From: Nemertoderma westbladi
Lineage: Eukaryota; Animalia; Xenacoelomorpha
NCBI GenBank assembly: GCA_032718475.1
Contig: JAUCBJ010006859.1
Coordinates: 1 to 64,000 of the forward strand
Direction of reading: 5' to 3'
Length of the DNA stretch: 64,000 nt
Positions 1 to 12,455 of this stretch are shown here, piece after piece. The notes beneath the pieces were generated by a model. That model saw nothing but the letters and a program-made list of their open reading frames with translations. It was not told the origin of the DNA and did not search any database. The first letter of the stretch is position 1. Every line of letters begins with the position of its first letter. Made by a program: the position numbers and the translations under genes.

Positions 1-637
1 TACATAGCAATAAAAATTAAACCGTCGAACCCAATCTCCCGGGAATATCCAGCGGGTGAATGGTCGCGCACGGATTGGTTTCGACTAGTGTAGTGAATCA
101 AATACTTGTCATAGACTAAAAAGCAGATTTATTAAAGACATTCTAATTTGGCGGGTTAAACTGCCAAAGGTCTGAAAGCGCGAACATAGGGTTTTTGCTA
201 CGTATGGGTGCCAGGCTGGGGTCTTAAACCCCCCATTCTGGCTCATTTACTAGGGAATATTCATCCGCGCTACCGGGGTACATTATACACAGATTAGCAA
301 TATTGGTTCAGTTGGTTTGGTGACAGAGTGGAAGGTGATATTGTTGTTTTATGGCACATAGTTCTTTAGTAGTACAGATACTTTAGTTTTACGTATTTGC
401 TTATATTATTGTCTGATTCTACACATATTATTCATACCTGATTTATTGTTTGTTATCCGAGATATTCTGTTTATATTCTGTATTACTATGGTGCTGTGCA
501 GGGATCGGCCTGCACAGACACTACACTGGAGCGTTTAGTTATCAGTTTCCTTTCCACCGGACGGGCGGGTTACCTGATTTGGGCGGTCCAGTGGGGAACT
601 CATCATTACATGATATTTACACCACTACACCAACCCA

Positions 638-1520
638 GCCAGTGTCCTTTAAGATGCGTCTCAAGAGGCTGAGGCTGCCAAAGCACAAGATTAAGCACTG
701 GCTGGTCCTCACGGCGAAAGCAATGTCCTGCAAAGCGGGGGCGACTTTGTTCTAGTGTCAAGCTTGGAGGAACCAATGAGACACCTCCAATCTTATATAG
801 TGTCTGGTTGGAGATGTGTGCATTATACATGACACAATGAACCCGGCGTAGCATTCTTGTGAATGTGCCATCCAGAGATTTGGTGTCCTCAGCAGTTAGA
901 GCCCAGCATGGACTCCCATAGAGGAGTACTGGAACTACTGCTGCTCTAAATAATAGGACCTCAAGTTTCCGATTAATTCTCTCTGACTTCCAAATCCTGG
1001 AAAGCCTATTCAAGGCTGCCCAGTGCCCATGTCTTTTCCTTACATATTCGAAGGTCCTCACCTAACTTCCGGATCCATGATCCCAGGTAACAGAAGACGT
1101 CCACATGCTCAATCATACCATCCGTTCAGCTTATGCTCATCCGGTCAGAGACTTGCTGAGGAATTTCAAAGTTAATCGTCAAAATTTTGGTCTTTCTGGA
1201 GTTAATAAAAAGACCAACACTAGAAGCAGCCCGTTCTAATGAGCTGAGGAGCAGTTGGGCTCCCTCTAGTGATTCTGAGAGTATTCCTAAGTCATCGGCA
1301 AAGTCTAGATCAGTTAGGTACTTGGCAGGATTTCCTTAACTTCTGGGGCCAGTAGGTGGAGTTACCATCACCCCATCATCATTATGATGATCTAAGGACA
1401 TGCGTAGAACATAGTCAACCACATTTATGAAAAATAATGGTGCAAGTGTGTCTCCTTGGAGGACTCCTCATAATACTTCAAATGGTTCTGTGTCACCATC
1501 AACAGTAGACACAAATGTTC
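638..1520 (-). mobile_element. Degenerate RTE-clade non-LTR retrotransposon, reverse transcriptase and C-terminal region
   Basis: The minus strand reads GVLQGDTLAPLFFINVVDYV and LTDLDFADDLGILSESLEGAQLLL (RT core). The ORF at 606-1061 gives PVLLYGSPCWALT...LRRV...FAGHCFRR, typical of RTE C-termini. Stops and frameshifts are present. Confidence 0.85.
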
Positions 1521-1564
1521 TACACTCTATGGAGTGATGTTTGACCCCTTTAATTACACCTTCA

Positions 1565-2233
1565 GGCGTATACTAAATAGGCACTTCGAAGTGTTCTCTA
1601 CAGAAACTGCACTATACACTAAGATTCTCATGCTAAATCAGGTACTGCACTACGAAGTGCTCACTGCAAGGCAATCACTTGAAGTGCGTAGTGCACACTT
1701 CGTAGTGCTGTACTGATCACTACGATTTTGTTTCTAAATAATCTTGAAATATAAGTGAACACTACAATACAGTTTTGCGTAGTGTTGTCTAGAGGAGGCT
1801 ACGATACTTGAATACTTTTACAAAGATTTCAAGATTTTGGGGTCTTTCAAGTATTAATTACCCTCATCAAAAATGAGGATTTTATGCCCTCCCCCCACCC
1901 CCTGGTCATCATAGCTCAACTGCGACTGCGAACCCCCTCACCCCCCTGGCCATCAGAAAAAGGTTTTTTATTGGCATGGAATAGTGTGGAATACGTACAG
2001 GGTAGGCCTATAATTCTACGGTTTTGGAGATTACATGAGTTGGAATTAGGTGTGAATAATCAGTGTGTTTTGTTTACATCGTGTAGACAGTAAAATAGAG
2101 TTTTACTGTAGTGATTAGTGATTACTTCGAAGTTGTAGTGGCACTTAAATTTATTTAGGATAGAAATAGAACACTACGTACTACGAGCGTAGTGGCACTT
2201 CGCTGTTGCGAAGTGTAGTATTTAGTATACGCC
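1565..2233. mobile_element. Non-autonomous TIR element (MITE)
   Basis: 15-bp inverted termini GGCGTATACTAAATA (1565) and TATTTAGTATACGCC (ends 2233). Internal CACTTCG/CGAAGTG and CACTAC/GTAGTG motifs recur. Confidence 0.65.
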
Positions 2234-2479
2234 CCACTGATACTCAATAATTTCGCAAATGGTTTATTTAAATCAATTGAAAGAGAAGGATTCTTGTGCG
2301 TCTGTTTGACACTACAATTAATTAAATTCATGAAGAGGAAAACGTTTACAGTTTAAGAACAAAATGTTCATACATGCTTAAAAATAAGCCAAGTAAATAG
2401 TTGAAATTGGGACATTTACATACACAACACTATTGCAATCAAACAGGGAATAATATTTTACTAAAAAACTAAAGTAAAC

Positions 2480-2980
2480 TCAGGACTTCAAGTTACTGAT
2501 TTTATTTCCCAGACGTTTTTTTCTCGTTTTATTTTTCTTCTTCTTAACCTTCGCTCGCGTTGTCGTCTCTATATTTCTTCCGAAATATTCTCTTTCGAAA
2601 GAATTAAAATCCTCATCAGTAAACACTGACGTGGTGACGTCACTACCACCTAGTATCAACCGATCCTTCGATAAACAGCTCCGATGGCATTCCAACACCT
2701 TATCCACGGAAACCGCGCTTCGAGTAATCTCGTCTACTTTCGATTGACTTTTCAGTATTGAAATATTTCTATTCGTATAATCCGGTTTCAGATTTTTTTC
2801 AAATTTATCTAATGCGGATTGTAATTTAATATGTTTTAATCGTTGTTGTTTGTCACTTTGATTATAATGTCGAGGACGTTTCCCAATTCCTTTCAGCCGC
2901 GAACTGGTAGATACATGTACCGGTACCGGTATGGGTATAGTCTTACTCTTAGCCATAGTATGCTCAGTCTTCGATTCCAT
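2480..2980 (-). CDS. RPS19BP1: Active regulator of SIRT1 / RPS19-binding protein 1 (AROS)-like, 166 aa, single exon
   Basis: Motifs SALDKFEK..DYTNRNISIL, KVL..HR...SKDR and SVFTDEDFNSFEREYFG match, in order, the AROS family blocks as I recall them (SALDEY..DHL..NL.FL; TVFTEEDFQKFQQEYFG). The protein is basic. Confidence 0.75.
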   Translation of the reverse strand: MESKTEHTMAKSKTIPIPVPVHVSTSSRLKGIGKRPRHYNQSDKQQRLKHIKLQSALDKFEKNLKPDYTNRNISILKSQSKVDEITRSAVSVDKVLECHRSCLSKDRLILGGSDVTTSVFTDEDFNSFEREYFGRNIETTTRAKVKKKKNKTRKKRLGNKISNLKS

Positions 2981-3897
2981 ATTATTTATAAATTAAGTAG
3001 GCCTATGTTATTTTTAATATATTTATTGATAAATTTATAAAGAATGGATAGGATAGCAATAATTCATTGATACCTCTGCCAAAAACAGTGGCAGAGTCCA
3101 GAGTGGGATATAATTGTTGTTATTGCATATTGCTGTATTGTTAGGCCTAATGCAGTAGGCCTAATAATAAAATAATGTCTTTCAGGCGGTATGCTACAGT
3201 AAATTACTGAAATAGTAACACACGGTCACACACAAAGCACCTACAGACCTACCCCTGCTGCCCTGTACCCTACAGTCACTAACGTCTCACTGTAGACATT
3301 CAGGGGTTCTCGGACCTCGTTCAGTCGCTGGCTCGATGCCTCAGGAACTAACGACTCTCTCTCGCGGGCTATAATTACTGTACTTTGGGTGTTTGGAGGC
3401 CGGACCGTCTTTTTATATATACCGGTACAGTATACTAGTATATTATCGTACTACGTACTAGTATACTACAGTACTAGTATACTATATAGGCCTACTGGTA
3501 TATAATAACTATATATACCAATTGAGGGAAAGGAACAGGTTACAGAGGCAGGCTTCTCTAACCAAAACAATAAACAAACACTTTACCAATTGAGGGAAAC
3601 CATGGCCATCAGGTCATTCTGTCATTGGTCAGTCGGTCAGCAGTCAAGTCACATGGTCAGACAGTCATTAGTCACTCAACTGTATAACCAAAAAAATCAG
3701 TCAGTCAAGCATTAGGTACCGGCACGCAGCTGTAGAATGACAATTAGAAACGGTTGAAAAAACGATCCCCAAAGTAACAATCCCCGCCTACCACAACCCG
3801 ATCAACCACAGTCAGGTCACATAGCAATTATAAACTACTGAACTCTGGAACAAATTAGTCTGTTTAGATAGATAGATAGATTTATAAGCCTCTACAT

Positions 3898-4150
3898 TAG
3901 GGTAAATATTTTCGACCTACGCCTAGCTACGCGTAGTTCAACACATTGGGTACCATATATCACTAGTTGTAGAGTTTTAACATTAACTACGCGTAGTTCT
4001 AAAGCCGGCTACGCGTAGCCGTAGGTCTAACGCAAACTACGCGTAGGTCTAACGCAAACTACGCATAGGTCATACGTAAACTACGCGTAGGTCTGTAGGT
4101 GCTAGGCAAACTAAGCGTAAGTGCTACTCATACAGTATATCTACGCGTAT
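3898..4150. repeat. Cluster of short CTACGCGTAG repeats, probably the subterminal region of a TIR element
   Basis: Roughly 10 exact or degenerate copies of the palindromic (AA)CTACGCGTAG motif, including a 22-bp tandem duplication near 4021-4065. Confidence 0.55.
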
Positions 4151-4167
4151 ACAACGTTTATCATTAA

Positions 4168-4410
4168 CCCTTTCCGGCCTGAATTAATTTAATTTAGGAA
4201 AAACAATTGGTTGGTCTTGTTAATGGGTTAATTATACACCAAATAATAATTTTCGATGAAAAAATTTTCAAAAAATTATTTCCAATGTTGTTTTTTTTAT
4301 TGTATACAAAAGTATACGTTAGGTATATGAAACATGTTCCCAATGTATACTTTTGTATACGAACTCTAGATTGTAAGTACTTACATACTTAAATCGTATA
4401 GTAAGTATAT

Positions 4411-4443
<33 letters not shown>

Positions 4444-5371
4444 GTAGAAAAAACAAGGCATGCAACGAGCAGGCAATTTTAATTATAAAAATTTAAATCA
4501 TGTTTTTTGGTAATAAAAAGCTGTCAATACTGTGAAATTTGCCAAAATGCCAAAATTTTATAATTTTGTGTGTTTTCACAACTCACGTTGTTCAAAAGTA
4601 ACACAGTGCGACATCTACTCCCCAATAGTGGCTGCATCACTTCTACTCCCAAGGCCCAATGGTCAACATCTACTCCCCTATGGTTCTAAGCCACATCTGC
4701 TCCACAATGGTGACTGTACCACATCTATCCACAATGGTGGCTGCATCACCTCTACTACCCTATGGTCAACATCTACTCCCCATGGTGGCAGCGCCACATC
4801 TACACCCCAATGGTCAACATCGACTCCCCTATGATGGCTGCACCACATCTAGGCCTACACCCCAATGGTGGATGCACCACATCACCCAAACGGTGGCTGA
4901 ATCATATCTACTCCCCAACGGTGCTGCACCACATCTACTGCACAACTGTGGCTGCACCACTTCTACTCCCCAACTTTATAAACCTAACGTAGACAAATGT
5001 ATACAGTGATTTATCAATAACACTACCAGCCTACATGTACTGTAAAGTTTATCCTGGAAGTATTATTATCTCATTGGACAATCCATATTTGGAATACCCA
5101 ATCAAAATTCTCAAAATCGCTTTGCCAAAGCGTTTAAATAACCATCTTTCCTATACCAGGTAGTCATCATGTCAATACCTGAAAATACGGCATCTAAAAT
5201 CGTTCATTGAAGCCTTCTACTACAATTATCCAATCAGAATCGGTAATTTCTAAATAAAGGAAGTGTGATAGTGCCACAATTGGATGAAACCAACTATAAT
5301 TAGTTAATATTATGCAATCCGTAGTGAAATAAATTCAGTGTATACAAAAATATACAGTCGGCCGGAAAGGG
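4168..5371. mobile_element. piggyBac-like non-autonomous element
   Basis: TTAA|CCCTTTCCGGCC at the left end and GGCCGGAAAGGG|TTTTAA at the right end. CCC..GGG termini at a TTAA site are the piggyBac signature; the right TSD is imperfect. No transposase ORF. Confidence 0.7.
4608..4972 (+). repeat. Degenerate ~23-29-bp minisatellite inside the piggyBac-like element
   Basis: Repeated CACATCTACTCCCCAATGGTGGCTGCAC-like units, about 13 copies. Confidence 0.75.
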
Positions 5372-5433
5372 TTTTAATACATATTCCAAGCGGTTCAGTA
5401 TCAGTACTACAGTAAAATAAGTCTCACCTACAG

Positions 5434-5832
5434 TAACTGATCTAGACTTTGCTGATGACTTAGGAGTTAGGAGTACTCTCAGAATCACTAGAGGGAGCCC
5501 TAACGGCTCCTCGGCTCATTAGAACATGCTGATTCTAGTGTTGGTCTTTTTATTAACTCCAAAAAGACCAAAATTTTGATAGTTAACTTTGAACGTCGTC
5601 ATCAAGTATCTGACCGGATGAGCATAAGCTCAAATGATGGTATGGTTGTGCATGTGGATGACTTCTGTTACCTGGGATCATGGATCCGGAAGTCAGGTGA
5701 GGACCTTCGAATACGCAAGGGAGAGCATGGGCAGCCTTGAACGGGCTTTCCAGGATTTGGAAGTCATATAGAATTCATCGGAAACTTAAGGTCCGATTAT
5801 TTAGAGCAGCAGTAGTTCCAGTACTCCTCTAT
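5434..5832 (+). mobile_element. RTE-clade LINE fragment, same family as 638-1520, opposite orientation
   Basis: Reads TDLDFADDLGV..SESLEGA...FRAAVVPVLLY and is visibly the near reverse complement of about 918-1315. Confidence 0.85.
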
Positions 5833-6501
5833 TTGCTAAAAATGCTTGTTGTATTAATGGAGATGGATGGTGTATACCAGTGACACTGATTTACACCATG
5901 TCCTGGAAAATAGTGTCGTAATTGACCCCCTCATAATTTTTCTACAAATCTTAATGAGATTTAAAATTTGAAATGAAACTGAAATTTGAAACAGCGAGTT
6001 ATTTTCAAATCCCTCCTCAGTTACTGTGTGAGCCATAACGTGTATTTTTGCTTTCACTTCTTTATAGCTACAAACGTTTATTTTATTCTATTTAATAAAT
6101 ACACCATAATCTGGAATATTTTGTATATCTCATATGGTAGCTGGGCATCAATTCAATATCTACCTCTATAATAATACTAGTACGTTGGGCCTAGATATTC
6201 GTACACGCACAAAACATTCCAGAATAAAGTTGACAAAAATGCAGTACGATTGGTGCAACTTTTTTCAAACGCTAGTAGCTAAAGAACGAAAGCAAAAATA
6301 CAAATTCTGGTTCACCCAAGGAGGAGGAGGCATGTGAAAATACTATTGATAATATAATATTCATATTACATACCATTCATACTGTATACATACCATACTG
6401 TACTATACACACACTATATAATATTCATGAAATTTCAATTCAATGAAATTTCTAGAAATATTCTGGGGAGGGAGGGGTCCATGTCACTGAATTACGACAG
6501 T

Positions 6502-8105
6502 GGCTCATTCCATGCAAATGTCAACCGCAGTGCCAATTTTGAAATAAGTGAATAATTTCTTCTCATATGAATTTTCAGAACCAATATATGATGCGGTTTA
6601 CGAATTTAATACAAAAAACCGCATCAAAATTGGGTAACTTTCTGAAATCTGGTGTTATTCGGCTTTACCTCTCAAACTGCAAAAATACAGTTAACTGAGT
6701 GCATAATATGAGAACCGCGTTTTATGAGTATATTTAGGAAGATGGCAACGTAATAGAGTACTTTTCGAAGCAAAACAATCATATTTTCTAATGAAATCAT
6801 TTGCTGTCAATTAAAACAACGTTGTGTCTAAAAATTCAGTGCTCATAATTTGTTTACATCATAATGTCCCGCACTTTACGCTGAACACCATATTTTGTTT
6901 GTACAAGATAGACATATTATAATAGAATGATGATATGTCGTTTGCAAAGCACAAATATATGCATCTTTAATCTGGAGTACTTCGTTTGTTTGTGGTGTTT
7001 CGTGTTATGTGGTAAACAGGTGTCCCGCACTTTACGTAAAGTGCGGGACAAAAAGTAGAAATATCAAAGGAAGTAGAGTAAGCGTGCATTTAGATGGAAG
7101 AACTTCAACTGGAATAATCATAGCAGACATTTTAACTTCATATCAATCTCTGATATTGAGACACTATAAAAAATTCATGAATATCACATATATTTCAGTA
7201 AATAAAATATTCTCAAAATTTTAATTCCTCTATTTGTATTTGTATTAGTATTTCCAAACTCTGAATAATATTTGTAGGCCTGCCATTAACCTCTTCCTGG
7301 GTGGAGCATACTGCAAAGCTCCCGATATGATACGACCTAGACCGTACAGTACATGGTACGCTACTACAGTATTTATTAACGGTTTTTGGGTGCACTACAG
7401 TTTCCTTGTCTAATCTGGCTATCTAATCTGTATTACATTAGGCCTACAGCGCACTTAAATGGTAATTTTACATAAGCCTAAAATAATATTGAACTGGCTG
7501 GAGGTAATAATACAGCAAGTAGGAGCCACGCTGTACTAGGGCTAGGCTAAGGCTACAAATAAATGATACAAACAAATTTGCTATCGTCGTGCCTATTCAA
7601 CTGTTTTACTTGCAGTATTAGGCACTATATGTTGACCTCTTATTTGTTTTTCCACTCCATTGGAGGGTATTCGTACATGGTATGTATACATGTACGCAGT
7701 AGTAAGGGGCTTTACAGGGCCAACTAAGTTTGGTAGGTTAGGTTTAGTATTTTGGTTAGTGTTAGTTGCATTGTCATTCATTTTTAAGTTCAAATTATAT
7801 GTGGCAATCTCACTGAAAAGTTTATAACTATCACTTATTTAGTCTGAATAATATAATAATTAACGATTTAATGTGTTTATAAATGATAAAATCGTACGCG
7901 TCCCGCACTTTACAATTTTTTGAAGCAATAATTCTGAGACATAAACTGCTGCCGGTTTTCCAAACTGCTTTTTTTTACTGAACCGATAATTGGTTTTTCT
8001 AAGAAACACAAACAATATACTATTTTAGTTCATTTTCATGATGTACAGTACTAAAGTATGCACAAAAAGTCGTACGAATGTCCCGCACTTTACATGGAAT
8101 GAGCC
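6502..8105. mobile_element. Non-autonomous TIR element with internal GTCCCGCACTTTAC repeats
   Basis: Inverted termini GGCTCATTCCATG (6502) and CATGGAATGAGCC (ends 8105). The GTCCCGCACTTTAC motif recurs near 6866, 7022 (as a palindrome), 7900 and 8080. Superfamily not assigned. Confidence 0.7.
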
Positions 8106-8119
8106 AGATTAAGATTCAG

Positions 8120-8343
8120 TGGGCACTGCTGGCGAAGTAAAGACGAGGTCATACCAGATTTACTTCTCTGGCAACCAACTCTTGGAAAGCGTAGTCGTGG
8201 ACGACCGGCCATAACATATAGATCAAATTGAAAGGGATACTGAACTTGGGAGAAACGAAATTGCGACAACTATGGAGAGTCGGGAAGCCTGGAAGGATTT
8301 CATTTCCACTGTCCGAGTTCGCTCGACTTAGTAGTAGTAGTAG
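8120..8343 (+). mobile_element. 5'-truncated RTE-like LINE 3' end with (TAG)n tail
   Basis: Reads GHCWRSKDEVIPDLLLWQPTLGKRSRGRPAITYIDQIERDT...REAWK..VRVRST*, followed directly by TAGTAGTAGTAG. Confidence 0.75.
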
Positions 8344-9039
8344 ATCTTTAAGTGACCCCACTGAATTATTATTAATTTATTTCAAACATCTAATTTCTTT
8401 CTGTAAATCTAATTATTAATTGCAGATTGATGGTAAATCTAATCCCTTCTCTAAACCATCGCTGAGGCATGAAACTGCCAGATAACCCAGAATTATGTTT
8501 AATATACATTTATTGACGTCATGATATCAAACTTATTGAACTTAACATACTCAGAAATAAATTAGTTGTAGTTGTAGTTTTTAGGTATGTTTTTTTAATA
8601 AACCCGCCATTTTGACAGCTTCCTCCTGTTTTTACAAAATATAAACCCCGCCACTCGATTCAGGGCACCTTGCCCCCCCCCCCCCCCCCCCCCCTTCTTC
8701 AATTGTTTCTAGCCGAACAATTTTTTCGCGCACAAATCCTATTCCATCAACATCAATCATTAATTCCTGGTTGTATCATAATATTATATTTCAAAAAACC
8801 GTTCCTCAATTGTAATTAACACAGCTACTTCAACTAAAAGTTAAAAATTCCCAAAGACTCTGTTAATGGCAAGATAGATCTCTGAAATCATAAAATTAAA
8901 ATGAAAATTAAAAAATTAAAATGCACACTTAATGGCGTACACCTATAATATAATTGATACTATAAGATATTATACGCCGACTATTGTAGATAACAAGAGA
9001 TTATTAATTGCAGTATATTAAGCAAATTTCGCCCTCAAC

Positions 9040-9087
9040 CAAGGCGTCCTTTAATAATTTAATATAATTGTATTAAAGGACGCCTTG
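9040..9087. mobile_element. 48-bp collapsed TIR element / hairpin
   Basis: Perfect 17-bp inverted repeat CAAGGCGTCCTTTAATA / TATTAAAGGACGCCTTG, flanked by near-identical 8-mers CCCTCAAC / CCCACAAC. Confidence 0.6.
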
Positions 9088-10260
9088 CCCACAACCCATA
9101 GGTTTTAAAATTCTTTTAGGTTCTTAAAAGAACTTTAAATTTTTAAAGTTATTTTAATTTAAGGTTTTCAAATTAATGTATTTTTTGATTTACCTCTAAA
9201 TTAAATTTATTTCTTTCGATAAAGAACACACAAAGTTTATATTTTATAATTTGTGCCGTCTGGGAGCGGTGATCCTATACAGCCGTGTTCTGTAGACGCA
9301 GCCAGCCGGCAGCAGCAAGCATCCGTGATGGCAATAGCTAATCCTTCAGTCAGGTTTCTGACAACACTAAAATCATCAGGAACATATATGCTATGCTTCA
9401 ATCGAACACAGATTCCACTTGCCCTTAAATATCAGTACCCTCAGTAACTACAAGCATTACCCCAAGAATGGCCACAAATAATATGCATACAGTTACATTC
9501 GCCATATTACTGGCTTTATTATTAGGTGCCATAAGTTAGACGAACTGTCCCCTTTTGTCTCCTAGTACAGTATTATGCTGGGATTTCCAAGCTTGTAGTG
9601 TCTAATTTAATTGAATTCAATTTAAATTTAAATTATGATGTCTACTAATGTAGCCATGCTCCACAGAATGATTATATATCACTGTAGAGATATATAGTGA
9701 TATCACTAGTGTGTCTGATAACAATGTTGATGTATGAAACAGTATCAAGCAAACAAACAAATATGGATTTCACCGCATGAGATATTTTACAAGCTCACAG
9801 CTCAGTAGTAACTCATACCGTAACAGTAACACAAGGGATTATATTCAATGGAATTTTAGTACAAGCGACTGTATTATCGATTAATATAGAGATATATGCA
9901 ACATATTGCATAATTTAGTTACTGCTAATTTAGAATTCATTTGTTACGTCCAAAATATGATAATAATATTTAAGTTTAAGATAAGAAAGGTGTTCTGTTA
10001 GTATGGGCCATTTGGGGCCTACAGTACCAGATGAAAATAAGGGGGGTGGGGTGGTGGTAGATGGGGGCACTAAAGACGTTAGCGGGTAAAAATAAACTGT
10101 GAGACATCAATCGGTAAAAACGAATCAGAGACGAAAAAATAATACAAAATCTACGTATTTTCAGCCTCGGCAATGATCGAATCCCTATCGAATCCCTAAA
10201 TCCCGATACCTCTAGACAGCTAGACTACCAGACTACTCGACAGCCAGAAAAAGCTATTAA

Positions 10261-10480
10261 ATGATATTGCTGCAAAGACTATCTGGGAAGATATTGGGTG
10301 GAATAGCGAAATATGTGAATCTAATGATCTTAAGCGTCCAGAAGACAACGAGTTCCGTAGCTAGGAAGAAGCTTTTCAATATATTAGTAGATTTTAGTAA
10401 AGCTTTTGACCGAATTTCATGTGTTAAACTGTTAGCAAAACTACTTACACTGGGTTGCGGCAGCCATATGATAAATACGT
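10261..10480 (+). mobile_element. Short LINE reverse transcriptase relic (CR1/Jockey-like)
   Basis: RKKLFNILVDFSKAFDRISCVKLLAKL contains the non-LTR RT D(F/L)xKAFD motif. Confidence 0.6.
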
Positions 10481-10649
10481 ATTATCTCTAACTACAATCG
10501 GACTGCTGCATTGCAGCTGCACATGAGAAGCTATGCTGTCTTAAAAAAAAATATTTTGACACTACCATTCAATCGACAATTGGCAAACCCAATGCAGCAT
10601 GCATTAAGAATGATATGCCAGCTTATCAACAAATTTGCACCGCCACAAC

Positions 10650-10935
10650 TACCTATCCACCATGGCTTTTGCGAGATTATCCGCCTCTTCAAGGCCAGTG
10701 TCCTTTAAGATGCGTCTCAAGAAAGTCATGGGCTGTCCACCATGCCTATTCACTCCATGGGGCCGCCAAAGCACAAGATTGTGCACAGGCTGGACCTCTC
10801 GGCGAAAGCAATGCCTTGCAAAGCGGATGCGGCTTTGTTCAAGTATCAAGCTTGGGGGAACCAATGAGACACTTCCAATGTTATATAGTGTCTGGTTGGA
10901 GATGTGTGCATTGTACTTTGTACGAACCATTGCAT
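10650..10935 (-). mobile_element. RTE-clade LINE 3' fragment, same family as 638-1520
   Basis: YNAHISNQTLYNIGSVSLVPPSLILEQSRIRFARHCFRREVQPVHNLVLW is nearly identical to the peptide at 606-1061. Confidence 0.85.
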
Positions 10936-11089
10936 ACTGATGTGATTGTGCAATGATTTCCTCAGGAATCATTGCACAACTTATATTGATAGTAACAATG
11001 TGTTGGCAAGCTGTATTTTTCGAGGTGTATTATTATACGTTTATTATATAGGAAGGGATCTAGGGGTCTTAACCTCGAATGATAAGTTT

Positions 11090-11528
11090 ATTATCGTACG
11101 TGTCCCGCACTTTACAGTGAAATGTCCCACACTTTACATGACTTTGCTGCACTTAAACTACTCCCCTGTTTCATTGATGTTACCTACCATCTTACTAAAG
11201 GCTAATTTACTTTCCCTACATATCTAGGAACATCACGGAACAAAAGTTTTCCCACTAACTTTACCCAATTCGCTGAACTTTAGCAATGAATTTGACAGTT
11301 GAGAATTTCACTTTCGTATGCGTCCCGCACTTTACAATTTTTTGAAGCAATAATTCTGAGACATAAACTGCTGCCGGTTTTCCAAACTGCTTTTTTTTTA
11401 CTGAACCGATAATTGGTTTTTCTAAGAAACACAAGCATTATACTATTTTAGTTCATTTTCATGATGTACAGTGCTAAAGTATGCACAAAAAGTCGTACGA
11501 ATGTCCCGCACTTTACATGGAATGAGCC
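11090..11528. mobile_element. Second, partial copy (right end) of the 6502-8105 TIR family
   Basis: About 11320-11528 is nearly identical to about 7897-8105 and ends in the same CATGGAATGAGCC terminus. More GTCCCGCACTTTAC motifs lie near 11102 and 11124. Confidence 0.75.
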
Positions 11529-12455
11529 ACTATATTCCAGGACATGGTGTAATACAGTAGACATATCAACCAATTAGGATATTAATGAACGAACAATAAT
11601 TGCACAAACATAATATGCCAATTAAGATCTCATTAAGAGCACAGAAACCGTCGTTATCTATACTGGGTCGCATCTGGTCCCACGAGACTGAGGCAGAAAG
11701 GTCGCCGCTTTAGGTCCCACAGCCACCGCGAAAGGTCGCAAGTGCATTATCGGTCCCAGGAGATACAGTATGGGTGGGGGGTAACCAAACCAACTTAGTA
11801 GTTCCCAAAACAGACCCGTTATACTGTACTGCGTCATAAACTATTTTATAATTAAATAACAATAAATTAATTAATAACACCAACAATCAAACTGCTAACC
11901 CAATTGTATTTCGTGAAAGATCTTACGTAACATTTAGTGGAATTTTATTAAATTTCCGAGCACTTACGAAAAATCAGTCACAATTAAAATAAATTATATT
12001 GTGATCATTAATAAAACACGAAGTGGGGCCTTCGCGCAGCACATGGCATAAACTTATGTTAAGTGTCAACTCGTAAGAATTATAAGCAAAATATAAGCAA
12101 ATGTAACTTCACCACCTTGCGGCCCTCTAGAGCGGCAGACTGGCGAACTGTGGACTGATCACCTTCTTTATAAACCCAACATGTGGTATAGTACCGGTAC
12201 ATATATGCAAAGATTCAGCTTAAACGAAATAAAACCACGGAATTGGGAAAAGGATTTTACTTTCAGATATTTCGCCCTCTAGCGGCAGACTGGAGAGCTG
12301 CTAGTTATTAACATGTCAAAACGGTAAAAACGACGACATCAATTTGCCATTATTGACCAACCCCCCAAACAGTGTCAGTTCGCTATGGCTCCTCCAACTT
12401 CGTGGCTCTTCCCACAATATAATTACAAGGTAGGCCTAAACAACATTGCGTGGAA

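Noticed and set aside
4532-5009. Three overlapping His/Thr/Pro-rich ORFs
   Set aside because: They are reading frames of a degenerate minisatellite inside a piggyBac-like element.
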